Shown here one piece after another: positions 40,001-54,200 of a DNA stretch of 64,000 bases. A model generated the notes under the pieces. That model was not told the origin of the DNA, made no database searches, and worked only from the letters and a program-made list of their open reading frames with translations. The stretch is taken from the NCBI GenBank assembly GCA_977016875.1, contig CDRNST010000015.1, positions 4,774,001 through 4,838,000 of the forward strand. The letters are read 5' to 3'. Within the stretch, counting starts at the first letter, position 1. Each line of letters begins with the position of its first letter. Position numbers and translations under genes: made by a program. Origin of the DNA: Pavona decussata (taxonomy: Eukaryota).

Positions 40001-40665
40001 TGTTTAACGTTTTCCTTTCCTTGAGGAGGAATCTGCCCACAGTTATTTCTTTTCTCATATAAGACAATGTTAATAGAAGTCAAATGCATGTTTTATTTCG
40101 TTTTCTTTTTCTAATTTTGGTAAAGAATCAAGAAGATTATACATGACAATGATGCTCATTGCGATAGCAAGGAAACAAATTTATTTTAGTTGAGGACCTG
40201 GCTAGGCCCAGGTATCTGTCACATTTGCTATTGTCTTTGTAGCTTTTCCTCTTCTTTTGCCCTTACAGCCGGCCTCTGGGGTCGACAGCTAAATCAATTA
40301 CTTGGCACGTCTGCTCACCCTCGTTCGCAGCCAGAAAACCAGGCCTTCCTTGCTCCAATCTCATTTTAGCCTAACTTTTTCCTTAATTGTTAGCAGGGAC
40401 ATTTTCTTTTCAAGGCTTTTATCAAACCCAGTTTAAACTGCGCATCATTACTTTAAACTGAAGTGACAGTTATGGACGTGTTGTGCGTTCTATTTTTGTT
40501 TGTTTGTTTGTTGTTCTTCTCTTTCATTTTCGTGCTGTGATGCAGTGTCGACGTGCAAGGCTATTTATAACAAAAATACGTAAGTATAAAGAATTGCGAA
40601 ACTCAAGGATGAACCTTACCTATTTACATTTTTGTTTTCTTTGCTCTATTTTTGTTATTTGTTTT

Positions 40666-40747
<82 letters not shown>

Positions 40748-43700
40748 GACAGAGACATAGAAAAAGAAAGACATCTTTAAGTTCAACACGATGATTCGTC
40801 AATTGCCAGCAAATTATTTTCCAATACAAGAAAGCCGTGTACAAATCCTAAAAATTCATACAGTAAGTAATAATTCAAACATTTTGCCAAGTCATCTTAA
40901 CAACGATGTAATCCTGTTAAAAGGTTGTATAGGACAGAGTAAGTTAAAATTTCACCTGCGTGACCTCAAGGTTATTCTAGTTGTAATTCGGGCTCGCCTG
41001 GATTAGCACTCGCTACATGCGAGGCAGTCTACTTCCTTGTTTTTCTTGGTTGGATTTTTTAATCAACTTGAATAAACTTCCAAAAGTAGACGTATCTCTG
41101 TTTTTCATAAATTTATTTATTGGTTTGTCTACATATTTGTGCATATATTTGTTTATTTATTTATACATAGTTATTAATTTAAATGTATTACAGGACTCAT
41201 TATAGTCTACCACTTGGGGAAGTAACTTGAAGAAACATAATTTAGTTATCATGGGTAATTTAACAAAGGATACTGCTAAGTGCCAGAATCACGAGGCTAC
41301 ATAATTTCTCTGACCAAGCAAGCGAAAAGCCAAGAAGGTATTCGGCTTGTATCATCACACAAGAAACTGATACGTTTCTTCCAAGTCCAGAAGTTAAGAA
41401 ATTAAAAACTCAAATTGAAAGGGTTCAAAGGAGGGCCACAAGGTGGATCCTCAAACAACGTGTAGGCGTGATGTCATACAGAGACAGACTTTTAACTTTG
41501 AAACTTCTTCCTCTGACATTTGACCGCGAACTCAAAGATCTTGTTTTTTTTTACAAATGTCGGAAAGGTTTTACTGATCTTAATGTTTATGATTTTGTTT
41601 CTCCTGTTTCTCACGACCGAACCAGACTAAGTAATCCTTATAACCTTAAAACTCCTGTATGTAAAACTAGCACTTTTCAGGCCTCTTACTTTAATCGTAT
41701 TGTTAAGCTCTGGAACTATATCTGTAAATTATCACCCCCTACCAGTTTTTCAACTACTGCTTCCTTCCGCAACTTTGTTACTGAGCACATGTTTCACCTT
41801 TTGCAAAATCACTTCGACATATTCTATCCCTGTACCTGGTCAATTGTACGATCCTGCTCCTGCCATCCCTAGTTTTTTAGCGTCTTTTGGTTGTTTGTGT
41901 TTTAATTATTATTTGTATCATGGGAGGTGCCTCGCATGGGTCCTCGCGTCCCGTTCGCACCTGCCCTTTTGACCTTATCACTTTTCACGTATTTTTCATT
42001 TCTTTCTGGTTGTTTAATTTATTGTATTTAACATGTGTGATGGTCAATAAAGCTGTTAAAAAATTAAAAAAAATTAAAAAAAAAATTGTTTCTACAAAAG
42101 CATTTGTCCTATGCTAGTGACGAAACGATGGAAGAGGTTAAGCTCTCATTACATTGACGAGAGAACATATGAGAGTTATTTCCAACACTTGAGTTCCTTG
42201 ACACAAGACGGGAGAAGAATATAGTGAAACAGAGAAATGCGCACGAGAGAATTTGAAAAGGCAGTCAAGGCCTTGACGAGGAAGCAGCTTAAACTGTATT
42301 TGCAACAACAAGGTTTCGAAGTCAGCGGAAGTAAACAAGAACTAGCTGTAAGGCCGGTTTTGAGTTTCGAGCCACAGGCGTGTTGGGACGAAGTCTGAGG
42401 TCGAGAGTACTCCTCAAGAGAATGTTAGCACGCCTTTATCTTTGGATAAAAGCGATTCCTAGCAAAAATTGAGTGATTAATATTCAATAGCCAGTGAATC
42501 ATCAAGTGCTTCTGAATCAGAAGAATCTAAATATTATTTGAGAGTGGCTTCGAGGTATTGTTTGTTTCCGTTGAAAATGTCAGGCAAGGTAACTGTTTAA
42601 ACAACACAAGGACCTGTTAGTAAATTAGGAAGTACTCTCAATACTAAAGTAAGAAGCTTAACAACACACAAGGAGTTAGGTTGGTGAGGGAGGGGAGTTG
42701 TTATTTGGCATGCAATGGGGTTCATATTGAATTTTTCGTCTACATCTTTCCCATTTCCCAACCCCCTCCTCCCCTCCCACTCCTGCTAATTGTTTCCCAG
42801 TGCCTAAACAGGAAGACAGGACAAACTCCATTCAGTATCGAGTAGAATGCTGACAGATATTTAAGAAAAGATCGTCATTTAATATAAAAGTATTGTTAGG
42901 TACTTTAGTAGAAAGGAATAAAAAATTTATGTAGCATTGCCAAGTCCGTTATTTTATTTTATATTTTTTGATTTTCTTTTAATCAGGACGTCCCAAGGAA
43001 ACAAAGCTTATTTACTTCAAATGCCATCTGGGATGGTTCCTGTGTACTGTCACATGTCAAGCCATGGGCTTGGAGCATGTGGAGGAGGTGGATGGACACT
43101 GGTAATGAAAACTGACGGCAATAAGGTATCACACGACAACCAACTGTTTGTTGTATGTAGGAATATGTACATTAATATATTCTTGATCCGTATAGTTGAA
43201 AGAATTGTGACAACGTCTTTTGTACCTTCACGAGTTGTACGAGATATCTGGATACTGAATTTTAAATTTTTGAGCGGTTCACTCTCTACCGGGAATTCAT
43301 TCAAATTCTGCTTTCTTAAAACACTCGAAGAATGTTTATGAATGTCATGAAAGAGATTCGAGAAATTCCGAATGCTTTCAAAGCAGATTTATCTCAGTAA
43401 GCTTTCGACAAATTGTTTTTCGAAAGAAAGATACGTGAATAACGTATATTTCTGCAATTTTCCACACATCTGCTCACTGGAAATAGATCAAGATCTTCTT
43501 TCTCATGCCAAAATGATTGGTAAGTGTTGACAAAGACAATGAAATTGAGTAGAGAAACTCAGAATCGGTCAACACAGATTTGTCATAGCAAACTTTTGAC
43601 ACATTGGTGGAAATGGGAATGGTGTAACTTGCTTTAATTTTCCTGCTCGTTTTGTTATTCATTTTTTATATCATTTACTTATGTTTTTACTCAGCCAACG

Positions 43701-44216
43701 TTTCACTTCACTTCCAAACTCTGGAGCAACAAGGTCGACTTCAACCTTCCAGGAGGAAAGACTTTGTTTGACAATCATGAGACAAAGCTACCAACCTACT
43801 GGAACACACCGTTCTCTAAGATATGTCTCGGTATGAAGATCGGACATCAGACAAGATTCATTGCCATCACCAAGCACGCCACATCACTGTACTCACTGAT
43901 TGCTGATGGTAATTACCGCGCCACCTCATTGGGTCGAAACACGTGGAAGTCGCTTCTCGGTTCTTTTGCATCGTTACAGCCAAATTGTAACAAAGAAGGG
44001 TTCAACGCTGTAGGTCTAGGCCATAGCGCTAGACCCAAAGCCAGAATCGGTATCATTGCTAATGAACAAAATGACTGCATTACACCTGATTCCAGAATCG
44101 GTTTTGGTACTGGAGGATACCCTTATAACTCCAACACGTGTGGAAACCAGGCTAAACATGGAGGAGATAACGGAGACAAGGATACCAAAGCCATGGGTTT
44201 CATTCTGGTGCAGTAA
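34020..44216 (+). CDS. Gene C: secreted PAN/Apple-EGF-cbEGF-fibrinogen/intelectin-like (USOMP5-like) protein, 432 aa; exons 34020-34119, 37283-37545, 38796-38910, 39855-39980, 40546-40579, 42987-43125, 43695-44216
   Basis: Same exon sizes and phases as gene A (100/263/115/126/34/139/522 nt), canonical splice sites, open frame to TAA, no gaps in this span. Confidence 0.87.
41403..42085 (+). mobile_element. Duplicate of the 5'-truncated LINE at 29880-30562
   Basis: Identical ORF at 41468-41872. Confidence 0.85.
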
Positions 44217-45771
44217 TAATTGCAAGGAACTGAAAAACTGAACTTTGTCACAAAGGCCTTAAGCCATAAGTAAAGTATAGAACAAAGAAATGTAATCCTT
44301 CGATAAGAAAACAACTTTTTTTCAGTTTTCAAAACAACAAACGCAACAAAAACGTTGTACTGGTTATGTTTTTCTGTACTTAACCAAGAAACATGGATGC
44401 GGTGTTAATTAGTTTTTTTATGGAAGAAATAAAATTGGTGATGGGACTGACTTGAGTGGTAAAAGTGTTGAATTGACAGGAAAGAGAATAAGCAAAGTAT
44501 TTGCCCAACGCAAGTAAACTCAGTTTTTATGAGCCAGCCTTCGTAACTCCACTGGTCTGCGCAATGATCCCAAATGCACTCAAATTAACTGTCCGTCCAA
44601 TTCTTTCCTCCAGAAAATCAACTTAACAACGAGAACTCGCTTGTTAAGGTGTCTAAGGGGTTGCTTTTGTTTCTTATGGACAGATCGAGCGATTCATTTC
44701 ACTCTTTTACGGCTCGGTATTTAAAAGTTTTGGTTTGAATACTAAATGGCGATTCTTTGAAAAAAACGGCCTAAATAAAGAGATTTAATCAGTTACATAT
44801 AAAATAGCAGCTTGTCATTTTGCGCAAAATTCGTGTGAGAGGGGAGGGGGGCGGGATTTAGCCCACCCAAATCCTAATTTTTGTTAAAGATTTATAGTTT
44901 CCGTCATCATCGTATGAGTATCACGACACTCACAGGACAATAACTTTTTCGCAACATCACTCACGGCTTTTGGCCAAATGTTCACTCACAGTAAAAATAC
45001 TTAGCCTCGCTTTCATAGTTAGGCTGAAACCCTTTTATAACAGCGTGTATTCATGAGTTCGCCCTCTCAGTCTGCAAGCCTTTAACTTCAAATGCCAGTA
45101 CTGGTCACTGGTTGGACACTTGTTTCAGTTAAATGTAAACATGAGGAGGAGGTGAAAAATGATGACGTTAACTTAGCCACTCCAAAAAGGATCAGAAGAA
45201 TGCCTGTCCACTGCATTTTGGTTATGATGCTGTTGCGTTTAAACGAACTGTTAAAAATGGTAACAGGCTCAAAGTCTACATACTATATCACGTGTAATGC
45301 TAATTCAACTCTGCGTGTGACAGGTGTACCTTATGTATAGAGAGGCATTAAACTATTTCACGAAATTGCATGGTTGTGGACTCCTTAAGGACAAGCGGAA
45401 GAGATGAAAATATTGTGTAGACGACTACTGATCGTCTTAAACTTTATTTATAAACAAAAGGTGACACTTTCGTAAAAAAAAAACTATGTATAATTTGTTT
45501 GGGTGCATGATCTCGTAACGAGGCAGGGCTGCTAAATGGATATTAATTAACGATATTGACATTTAAATTCATCTAGTAATCTTCTCTGCCAGAAAAGAAA
45601 TAAGACAATCAGCTTGTAGGCGAAAGCTCAAATGGCATGTTGGTTTTGAGACAAATGTTCAAATTCAGGGGAAGGCACTGTAGGATGTGAGCAAACAGCT
45701 TATAGTAGCGAACCAATCACAGCGCAGAATGGATTATATCCATACAGTAGTTCTCCATGTCCTAAAAACTA

Positions 45772-46531
45772 CAGTCGAACCTGTATATAACGGCCACCCT
45801 CGGGACTTGAGGAACTGGCCGCTTAATACAGGTGGCCGCTTAATACAGGATCGCTAAAAATACTCACTTGGCGTGCTCTAATGTCAATTTTGATGGCGTA
45901 TCATACAAAAATATTTCATGCAAGGAAACAATAGGACAATCAACACTCTTTCAAGCGATCATTACTTTAAAAAACGTTGTTAACTGTCGACACTGCCAGC
46001 GACAATTCCTGTTATCCATGGTACTGCGCAAACGCCCGTAGTTGTTCTGTATGTTCTATAGCATCTGACAATGATCTTTGAAGGCGATTCATTCTCCATC
46101 ACATGGCTGAGGAACAAGCCAATTAAAGAGGAATTTCTAGCTAAAGAGTGAAGCATATTCAAAACAAACTTGTTTTACCGTTTGTGATATGATACTATAC
46201 TTCAGCACATTGCGGACATCTGAAAAGTGTTAACGATACTAAACGGCCGAGTATCAGCTTTGTTCATGTCGCATATGCATTTTAAGCACAATAAAATACC
46301 GCATAAAATAACATTTGGCTTAGTTCCCACTGAAGGGTGGCCGCTTAATACAGGTAAAAATAACAAAGAAAGGACTGCTACAGGGTGGCCGCGGCCGCTT
46401 AATAGAGGTGGCCGCCTAATACAGGTAACAAATACAGCGTTTGTATGAGCGAAAAAATCGGGACTTTGAAAACTGGCCGTTTAATAGAGGGTGGCCGCTT
46501 AATACAGGGCCGTTATATACAGGTTCGACTG
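45772..46531. mobile_element. pogo/Tigger-type MITE with TA TSD
   Basis: TA|CAGTCGAACCTGTATATAACGGCC ... GGCCGTTATATACAGGTTCGACTG|TA; subterminal TGGCCGCTTAATA repeats. Confidence 0.9.
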
Positions 46532-46539
46532 TATATTCA

Positions 46540-46800
46540 ATAGATAAATCACTTCAGGTGGAGGTTTTATCGGAGGATAAATTCCGAACCCGAAAGATTA
46601 TCCAAAAAATGAGCAGCTGGCCGAGAAGCGAGGCTTTTTAATCCTTAGGTAAAACCCAATTTATCCGAAAAAAATTGCTTTCCTGGCTTCGACACGCACT
46701 TCACATTAAAAGAAAAACATGTTTCCCCGAGCGGGATTGGAATCGAACCCATGTCTCCCCGGTAACTAGTCGGGTGTGATAACCACTACCGTATGGGAAC
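46540..46800 (-). mobile_element. tRNA-derived SINE or pseudo-tRNA (head 46721-46800)
   Basis: Minus strand GTTCCCATACGGTAGTGGTTATCACACCCGACTAGTTACCGGGGAGACATGGGTTCGATTCC has A and B boxes but an imperfect cloverleaf. Extent of the body is approximate. Confidence 0.6.
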
Positions 46801-47399
46801 TTAAACAACCACAGCGACAACGCCGCAAATCAATAGATCTAATTAAGAAAAACAATCGCTCTGCACGTGCGTTTTAAATTTTCGTACATTTGTTTGCCGT
46901 TCTTTGCAAAACAACGTCAAATGACTAAATTCATGGTAGAACTCGAACGCCACGCCTACCAATTTGGTTCCTGAGTAGTTCGCCGTTTTTGTACAAGTTG
47001 AATAAGTTGAAATACAAGCTGCCTGGTACAACCATGATTTGCGCTATGCGAAACGCGGAAAACGTCACCTGCTCATAAGCAACTCTTTACGGAAGCCCGT
47101 AACAGGTACAACGGAATGGTAGAATCTGGGGAGTCGGACTACAACAAAACAAAAATTGAGCAGGCAGGCATTATTTAGCTATTTTTGAAAAATTGTTGAG
47201 AGCTTGTTCGCTTCAAGATTTCCAGTTTTGTCGACTTTTCTTTTGGTTTGGCGACTTATGACTCGCTACATTTCTTGGTTGAGAATTTCGATGACTATTA
47301 CATTCAATATATGACAAAGGATATCGAATCGTATTGTTTTCACGAACTAGAGAGAACCTCGAGAGGCTTTACACCCCCTGCCACAAACGAGCCCATACG

Positions 47400-48930
47400 A
47401 TGCCCTCACTTGTTTCCTGGGTTCATGAACACTTGCTGTACTATGACTCAGCAAATTATTAAAACACTTTCAACGAACTTTAAACAAATCTTGTCCACTT
47501 GATCCAACGCCAACTCATCTTCTAAGTCACTGCGCTGATTATAACAGACATTATTAATGAATCCTTATGCTCTGGTGTATTCCCAGCTGTACTTAAATAG
47601 TCTTTAGTGCGTCGAGTTTTGAAGAAAACTGATCTTGACAAAGATATTCTAAAAAATTGCCGACCTGTTGCAAATATTCCTTTAATGGCCGCAGGTATTG
47701 AAAAGGTAGTTGCGGATCAAACGTATTTCTAATTGGAGACAAACCACTTATTGTCTGCTATGCAATCAGCGTATCAGAGACATCACTCCACCAAATATGC
47801 CCTTTTTCAAGTTATGAATGATGTACTAAACCATTGATCTTCGTCAAGACGTTGTCTCTATAATGTTGGACCCGTCAGCTGCTGTCGACACCCTCGATCA
47901 CACTATTCTCAAGAACAGTCTCAGCAATTGCTTTGGATTTTTATATAATGTGTTCAAATGGTTCTCCTCTTACCTTAGTGGTCGGTCTTAATCTGTCATA
48001 ATAGTTAACACAACATCGAGTCCACGGCATGTCGAATTCGGTATTCGTCAGCGGTCTATACTAAAATATCTTTTGTTTACTCTTTACGTGGTTCCTTTAA
48101 AAGATATAGTCTGCGCTCATAATCTGAACAGTATGTGGAGATGACTCGCAAATATACATTACCATTAAATCTAATGATCAGTCATATTCATCAATCACCC
48201 AACGACGATGTGTTAGCCATGCTATGGTATGGAACACTCACAATAAGTTACTTTGCAATCCTGATAAAACAGAAGGTATTCAATTTAGTTCTCGCTTTGT
48301 CAGGCATCCGATCATTATCTGTGGGACCGAGTGTGTAACCACAGTGTTATAGTGGACAAGGAACTCAATCTTAGCCACCATCATCACTTCAACGTGACGT
48401 GCAAGAGAGCTACATTGCCACTACGATCAATTGCCCGCCTGAGGAAAGAGCTGTCTAGAGGCCACCTGAAAATGCTGATTAATGCATTTGTTGTGTCCCC
48501 TTTAGATTACTCTAATAGTCATCACCGTGGATTACCTAGGCGTGTAACTGTTAAACTTCAAATCATTCAGAATTCTGCAGCACGCCTTGATCTCGTGGAT
48601 AAGACGATCTGACCGTATAACTTCAGTCTTGAAACATTTTCATTGGCTTCCGGTTGAAGAACGTATTGTTTTTAAGGTAATGAATGCTCTTAACTTATAA
48701 AATTCTTAATGGACAAGCTCTGGCTATATGGCCTCTCTTATTACTAAATATCCGACCAAACCGTAAGCTTCACTCGTTCACTTCACGTTCCGACAGTCAA
48801 GACAGTAACGTATGTATTGAACCTACTTTCTCTTTTTGCGCTCGAAAAATATGGAACGCGATACCACAAGACATCAAATCTTCTGAAACTTCCTTAATTT
48901 TCATATCTTGCCATAAAACTTAAGAATACA
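47400..48930 (+). mobile_element. Degenerate L2/Crack-type LINE ORF2 (RT domain to C-terminus)
   Basis: SC.LDP.PT, LKK.DLDK.ILKN.RPVANIP, QSAY.RHHST, LD.SAA.DT.DH, L.NAFV.S.LDY.NS, HWLPV..RI.FK, WNA.P.DIK motifs, with many stops and frameshifts. Confidence 0.88.
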
Positions 48931-50227
48931 TATTGTGCATAAGTTATATTTTTGCCATAGCTTACTATCTATCTACCTATTAGTTATATACTGACCTATT
49001 TATCGACCTAAAATTTATTCCTTGTAAGCAAAGGTTTTAGTAACAAATAAGCAGGTAAAAATCAACGATAAATCGAACGACGCCTCGGAGTGGTCATCAT
49101 GACACCATTTTCAGGTTCAAAATGGTTAGAATAAACTGTCAGAAATAGTTCGCTGAAGGTTATCATCGTAAACAGTTCTGTTACGTTACGCAAGTAGTTT
49201 GGCTAGATTTCAGTGAGTCTGATTGGACTTTAAGAGATGGTGTGAATTAAGGGAAACACAATTGTTCCCTGTTTCCATGGTGAATTTGACTGAAGAGTGA
49301 CAGTTTTTAAGGACCTGAAGAAAGTAGCCGCTGATGTTGNNNNNNNNNNNNNNNNNNNNNNNNNNNNNNNNNNNNNNNNNNNNNNNNNNNNNNNNNNNNN
49401 NNNNNNNNNNNNNNNNNNNNNNNNNNNNNNNNNNNNNNNNNNNNNNNNNNNNNNNNNNNNNNNNNNNNNNNNNNNNNNNNNNNNNNNNNNNNNNNNNNNN
49501 NNNNNNNNNNNNNNNNNNNNNNNNNGGTCGTGTGAAAATAATTACAATATGAAACTAGATAAAAATAGTGATAATACTACTTACAGAAAAAAAAAGAGAC
49601 TATTCAATTAGTTTCTAAGAAAGAGAAATGTTCAAATGAGTGAATGATTTACTTCATTTTCTCCTTACAGTCCAACAGCGCTTTGTTACCTCGTTTTCTT
49701 TGCTTCCTTCGCGTCCTTTCACCATCCAACTAGGCTGAAGTTGCCACCGACAAATGGGTTTTGCCGAGGATATGACTAAATGTCCGCTACCCGGTTTTAG
49801 CAGTGTGACTCCTTCGCTCTTCTTTCTTCTTTTACAAAGGGTATCAACGGTCCATTCTGCTGTTTCTCCTTCACTCACGCTTTTTCACATCAGGATGCTC
49901 GATTTCATACATGCATGACAACGGCTTCTACAATTAGCAAACACCTAAACCAATTTTCTTTTTTCTTTAAAATAAAAAACAACAGATAAACGATATTTCT
50001 TAATTACGCAATATTGCATTAACTAAGTTTTCTAACATGCTGTGCTAACTCTAAAAATAATTTAAAACACCAGCACATTACGACATACCACACGCTAAAA
50101 TGATAAAAACAAACTATAACACATGAATACTACAAAAATGCGAATAATGTAAAATTTTTATGCAGATGTTCTCATTAATAAACAAAACAGAACAATATTT
50201 AATATCTTGGCTTTTCGTAGTCAAAGA

Positions 50228-50707
50228 ATAGGCCTTATCACGGTTTTCGACGCCATTTACAGGCTTGAAATAACAGTGTTTGTATGGAAATCCGGTGTCA
50301 AACAATTTTCATAAAACATCGCTTCTGAAAAATTCATGAATTGGAAACTTTTGGCACTAGGAAAAGGATTTTAAGAAAAAAAAATTTGAGGAATATAGCT
50401 GTGCCAGAAAGCGTCCAGTCGTGTTTTAAATTGTCCATACATTTCCCTGTATTTTAATTCCCGCGAACGATTTTTAGTAGCGGTTCACTGCTAGTTCACT
50501 ATACAGAGAAATGTATGGGAAGTTCAAAACACGACTGGACGCTTTCTGGCACAGCTACATCCTTCAATTTTTTTTTTTAAAATCCTTTTCCTAGTGCCAA
50601 GATGTTTTATAAAATTTATATGACATCGGATTTCAATACAAACACTGTCATTTCAAGCCTGTTTGCCTACTCGTCAAAATGGCGTCGGAAACCGTGATAA
50701 GACCCAT
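50228..50707. mobile_element. Foldback MITE with ~220-bp inverted arms, ~500 bp upstream of the gene D ATG
   Basis: e.g. TAGCTGTGCCAGAAAGCGTCCAGTCGTGTTTT / AAAACACGACTGGACGCTTTCTGGCACAGCTA; termini CTTATCACGGTT / AACCGTGATAAG. Confidence 0.85.
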
Positions 50708-51212
50708 ATGCTTTGCTGGTAAAAACTGGATCATTGAATCGAAATACAATTCCTTGGTAAGTTTATATAAAAAAAATCACTAGCGCTTGTTTACTGATAT
50801 GGGATGATTATAGCCAACTCGGCGCCTTGCCTACAATAGTATCATCTCATAACAAACGCGAATTATTTCAATTGTTTTCTTAAAGTAAACGATGCTGGGA
50901 CGACATTCAATTCTCGTACTGCAATTAACATCATGATTTCCATGACTAAGGACGGACGTTACAAAACAACACTTCATTGAGAACTATAAATTTTGGGAGT
51001 TAGTTTTCTTCGTTTCTTCTTGGAAGTAGAAAATGTGACAGAGATGCTATATTAATTTTGTTGAGCAGTTAATTGCGACTAATTAAAGAGGAAGTGCAAA
51101 CAGTCTGTCTACCCACGAAGCTGACATCATTTAGCAGGTGCAAAGGAAGTTCTTTTCTACGGAAGATATTTGACCAATTTGGCGCTGCACGCTCAGTCTC
51201 TTATCGTCCGTT

Positions 51213-54200
51213 ATGGCCAAATGGTGGCTAAATACTCTGGCCTTTTTGGCAAGTTTGAGCTTACTTTTATTCGCATTTGTGGTGGCAAACTCTGACTTCT
51301 GTGGTGCTGTTTATGAATCTCAACTTAGTAAGTAGACTAAAGATAATCACTCTGTTATGTCCTTTCTTTTAGTTTGTCCACATGCAAACATAAAATGATT
51401 CTATTTCTTTTTCTTGACAGATCATGCTCTAGTCGGCCACGCTATTAAAACGACTGTTGTTTATGACGAGTTCGAATGCCAGCTAAAATGCATTGCCAAT
51501 GGTAGTTGCAAGTCATTTAACGTGCACCGAAGCAGTTCCAAAGCAAACCGCCGCATTTGTGAGCTAAACAACAAAACTCGGCAGATGAAACCAAAAGATT
51601 TCAAACCGAAGAAAGGATCGACATACTATGGCTCTGTAAAGGTAAGACTAACCAAAATACCTGCGAGTGGTTGGAACGTGTCATGACTAATCCGGGACCT
51701 TAACATTTGAATAGGCCTACAAGATTAAGGAGATAAATTCCAANNNNNNNNNNNNNNNNNNNNNNNNNNNNNNNNNNNNNNNNNNNNNNNNNNNNNNNNN
51801 NNNNNNNNNNNNNNNNNNNNNNNNNNNNNNNNNNNNNNNNNNNNNNNNNNNNNNNNNNNNNNNNNNNNNNNNNNNNNNNNNNNNNNNNNNNNNNNNNNNN
51901 NNNNNNNNNNNNNNNNNNNNNNNNNNNNNNNNNNNNNNNNNNNNNNNNTAGATAATGGTATTAAAATTTGGGTAGTTTGGCGCAACTAAGCATTCAGCAC
52001 ATGAACAAAACGGCAACCTTGTACGCCATGAAACGTAAGGAAAAGAAAAAAAACTGCCCCAAAGGTTGCTGGCTCAATTTTTTTTTTTGCTACTGATCAG
52101 TCTATGCCGCTTAACGCGAATATTTTATGGACTGCTTGTTCGCGACGCTCTCTATGGGTTTTCCACCAGTCGGCGGCTAAGTCATGTTCAATAAGGTGTG
52201 AGAATTCTGGAGTCTTCAAATGCCCAAAACTAGAGGTTATTTTACTAGTTCATTTTATTTATTTTTTATTTTATAATTATTTACTCTTTTTTTGCATAAT
52301 CTCTCTATTCCTTTCATACAAAAGAATTAATAGGCTATTTAGATTTATCGCATTTGAACGAAATTTGGCGTAATGTTCGTCGCACATCAATGCACCAAAT
52401 TAGTATTAATAATGATTAATAAGTGTAAAGGTTTATTTGCTGGTGGGTACAAGGTGTGTCGGGCTTAGTATATGAGGCCGGGTAGAATTAAGGATAAATT
52501 TTCACGCGTATTTTCAAAAGTTTCCCAAATTGCCCGAATTGCGCAGCGACGAGGGCAATTTGCAAAACCTTTAAAAATACAAGTGACAATTAATCCTCAA
52601 TTCTACGAGGACTCGTTGCGATTATGCGTTTATAAAATAAAGGGCAAAATGTTCTTAAAACTATCGAGGCACTTCGTAAAACACTAAACCCCGGCCTGGC
52701 GTAAAGACACTTGCCCGCGTAAGCAAAACAAACAAAAAATTCACATGTTTCTTAGCGTACAAAACAGACAAAACGAGAAAAGTTGATTATTATAAAAATA
52801 GCAAACGGTGGGTCTCGCAGAGCAATTTCTTCCACTGCATTTGACCAGCTCCTTCCCCCCCATCAAAAGGGCACTGTTATCATGGTTCGGTTATCGTTCG
52901 TTGGAAGACGAACGAAGTTTTTCAACCAGACATTCGATCAAGTTTTTAGCTTTTGAAAAAAATAATCCTTACTGTTTCTTGTAAGAAACGAAAGTTCATC
53001 TTTAAGAATTTCTTTATAACTGTAGCACTTGATTTCCAAGTACTTTTGGCACAAACAATCCGGCTTAAATAGTCGAACTCAAAAGAATCTGAAAGAATTC
53101 GTTGTTGCTGCAGCAGAAGAAAACAAAGAACCCGACTAAATGTAGAAATGGCGCGCTCAGTCAATGAGGAGCAAGTATTTCCGTCGCTGGGCCAATTAAG
53201 AGTGAGTAATTTTGCCCTCGGTGAAAGGAAAACAAAGAAACAAACGCCCTCTGTTTCGACCAATCCGCATTCAGTAATTTTGTCTTCTATGTTATAAAAT
53301 TTCAAAATGCTCAATATTTTTCCTTTGGCGTCTCAGCGGATGACAACCATCGAAAAAGTGTACAGACCATTTTCTTAGGAACCAATGGAAATATTAAGGA
53401 AGCCTCACACACTTTGTTAGCCTATTATCTTCTGATTGATAAAGTTTAGTTTGTTTGGATATTTGCAATAACGCAAAGGTTCGTAATTCACTTCAGTAAA
53501 CAGTAAGTTACTCAGTTTTCAGTCTAAAGGGTTCCGCGCTCCTATATAAACAAAATAGGCTTCAAAAATCTCTATTTCAGATTATTCATTTAGCTTTACG
53601 GTTAAATATTTGAAACCCGATGCAATTTGCAGGAATGTCTCACATATTGCAATTCACTCACAACACAGGTGTCCTGTATTGACAGTGGCCGACAGCGCCA
53701 TGGAGAGATGTCGACCGCAAGTAGCGGCCACTGTCACCCGGGATACGCAGGGAAAAAATGCGCTGGTAAGTAACACTTCTACATTCATAAGACGGGTAAT
53801 CATTATACTTTTAATGTTTAGGCTTGAACAAAAAAAAATCCTTGCCTGGCAACCCTTAATCTCGTGCCCAGTTGTTTGTCTTCGTATCCGAAGAGTGAGA
53901 AGATTTTGGTACGAGATTAGGCAGCCCTAAGTGAAGTGGTAAGATTGTAAATTGAGACCTTCAGGAAAACACAAAGGAACAAGAAGCTGTAGACAGCTTG
54001 TACGCGAGGCGCCTTCAACATTGGTACTCATACGTTGTAGTTAGGTTCTAGAAAAAGGCGAAGAACTGCTACATATATCTTCAGCTTCGATGAAAGAAAT
54101 ATAAAACAGTACAAAAACCGTTTTCAAAACTTTTTTTTTAACTGTACAGTTTGCAAGATCTTAGCCTAAAGTTTTTTTGGTTTAACATTCCCTTTGTTAT

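Larger units (their letters stand above)
19913..42926. repeat. Near-identical direct tandem duplication: copy 1 19913-31403, copy 2 31412-42926, with 8-nt filler AATAATAA at 31404-31411
   Basis: The ORF track repeats at offset 11499, then 11523 after a 24-nt TTA expansion. By eye I found only 3 substitutions (19929/31428, 26923/38422, 31319/42842) plus the microsatellite length difference; a full alignment was not run. Confidence 0.95.

Noticed and set aside
43486-43518. Cryptic 33-nt exon in the gene C intron-6 insert
   Set aside because: Weak acceptor and an in-frame TGA.
46721-46800. Functional tRNA gene
   Set aside because: Acceptor and D stems are imperfect, there are extra bases after the T arm, and a SINE-like body follows.
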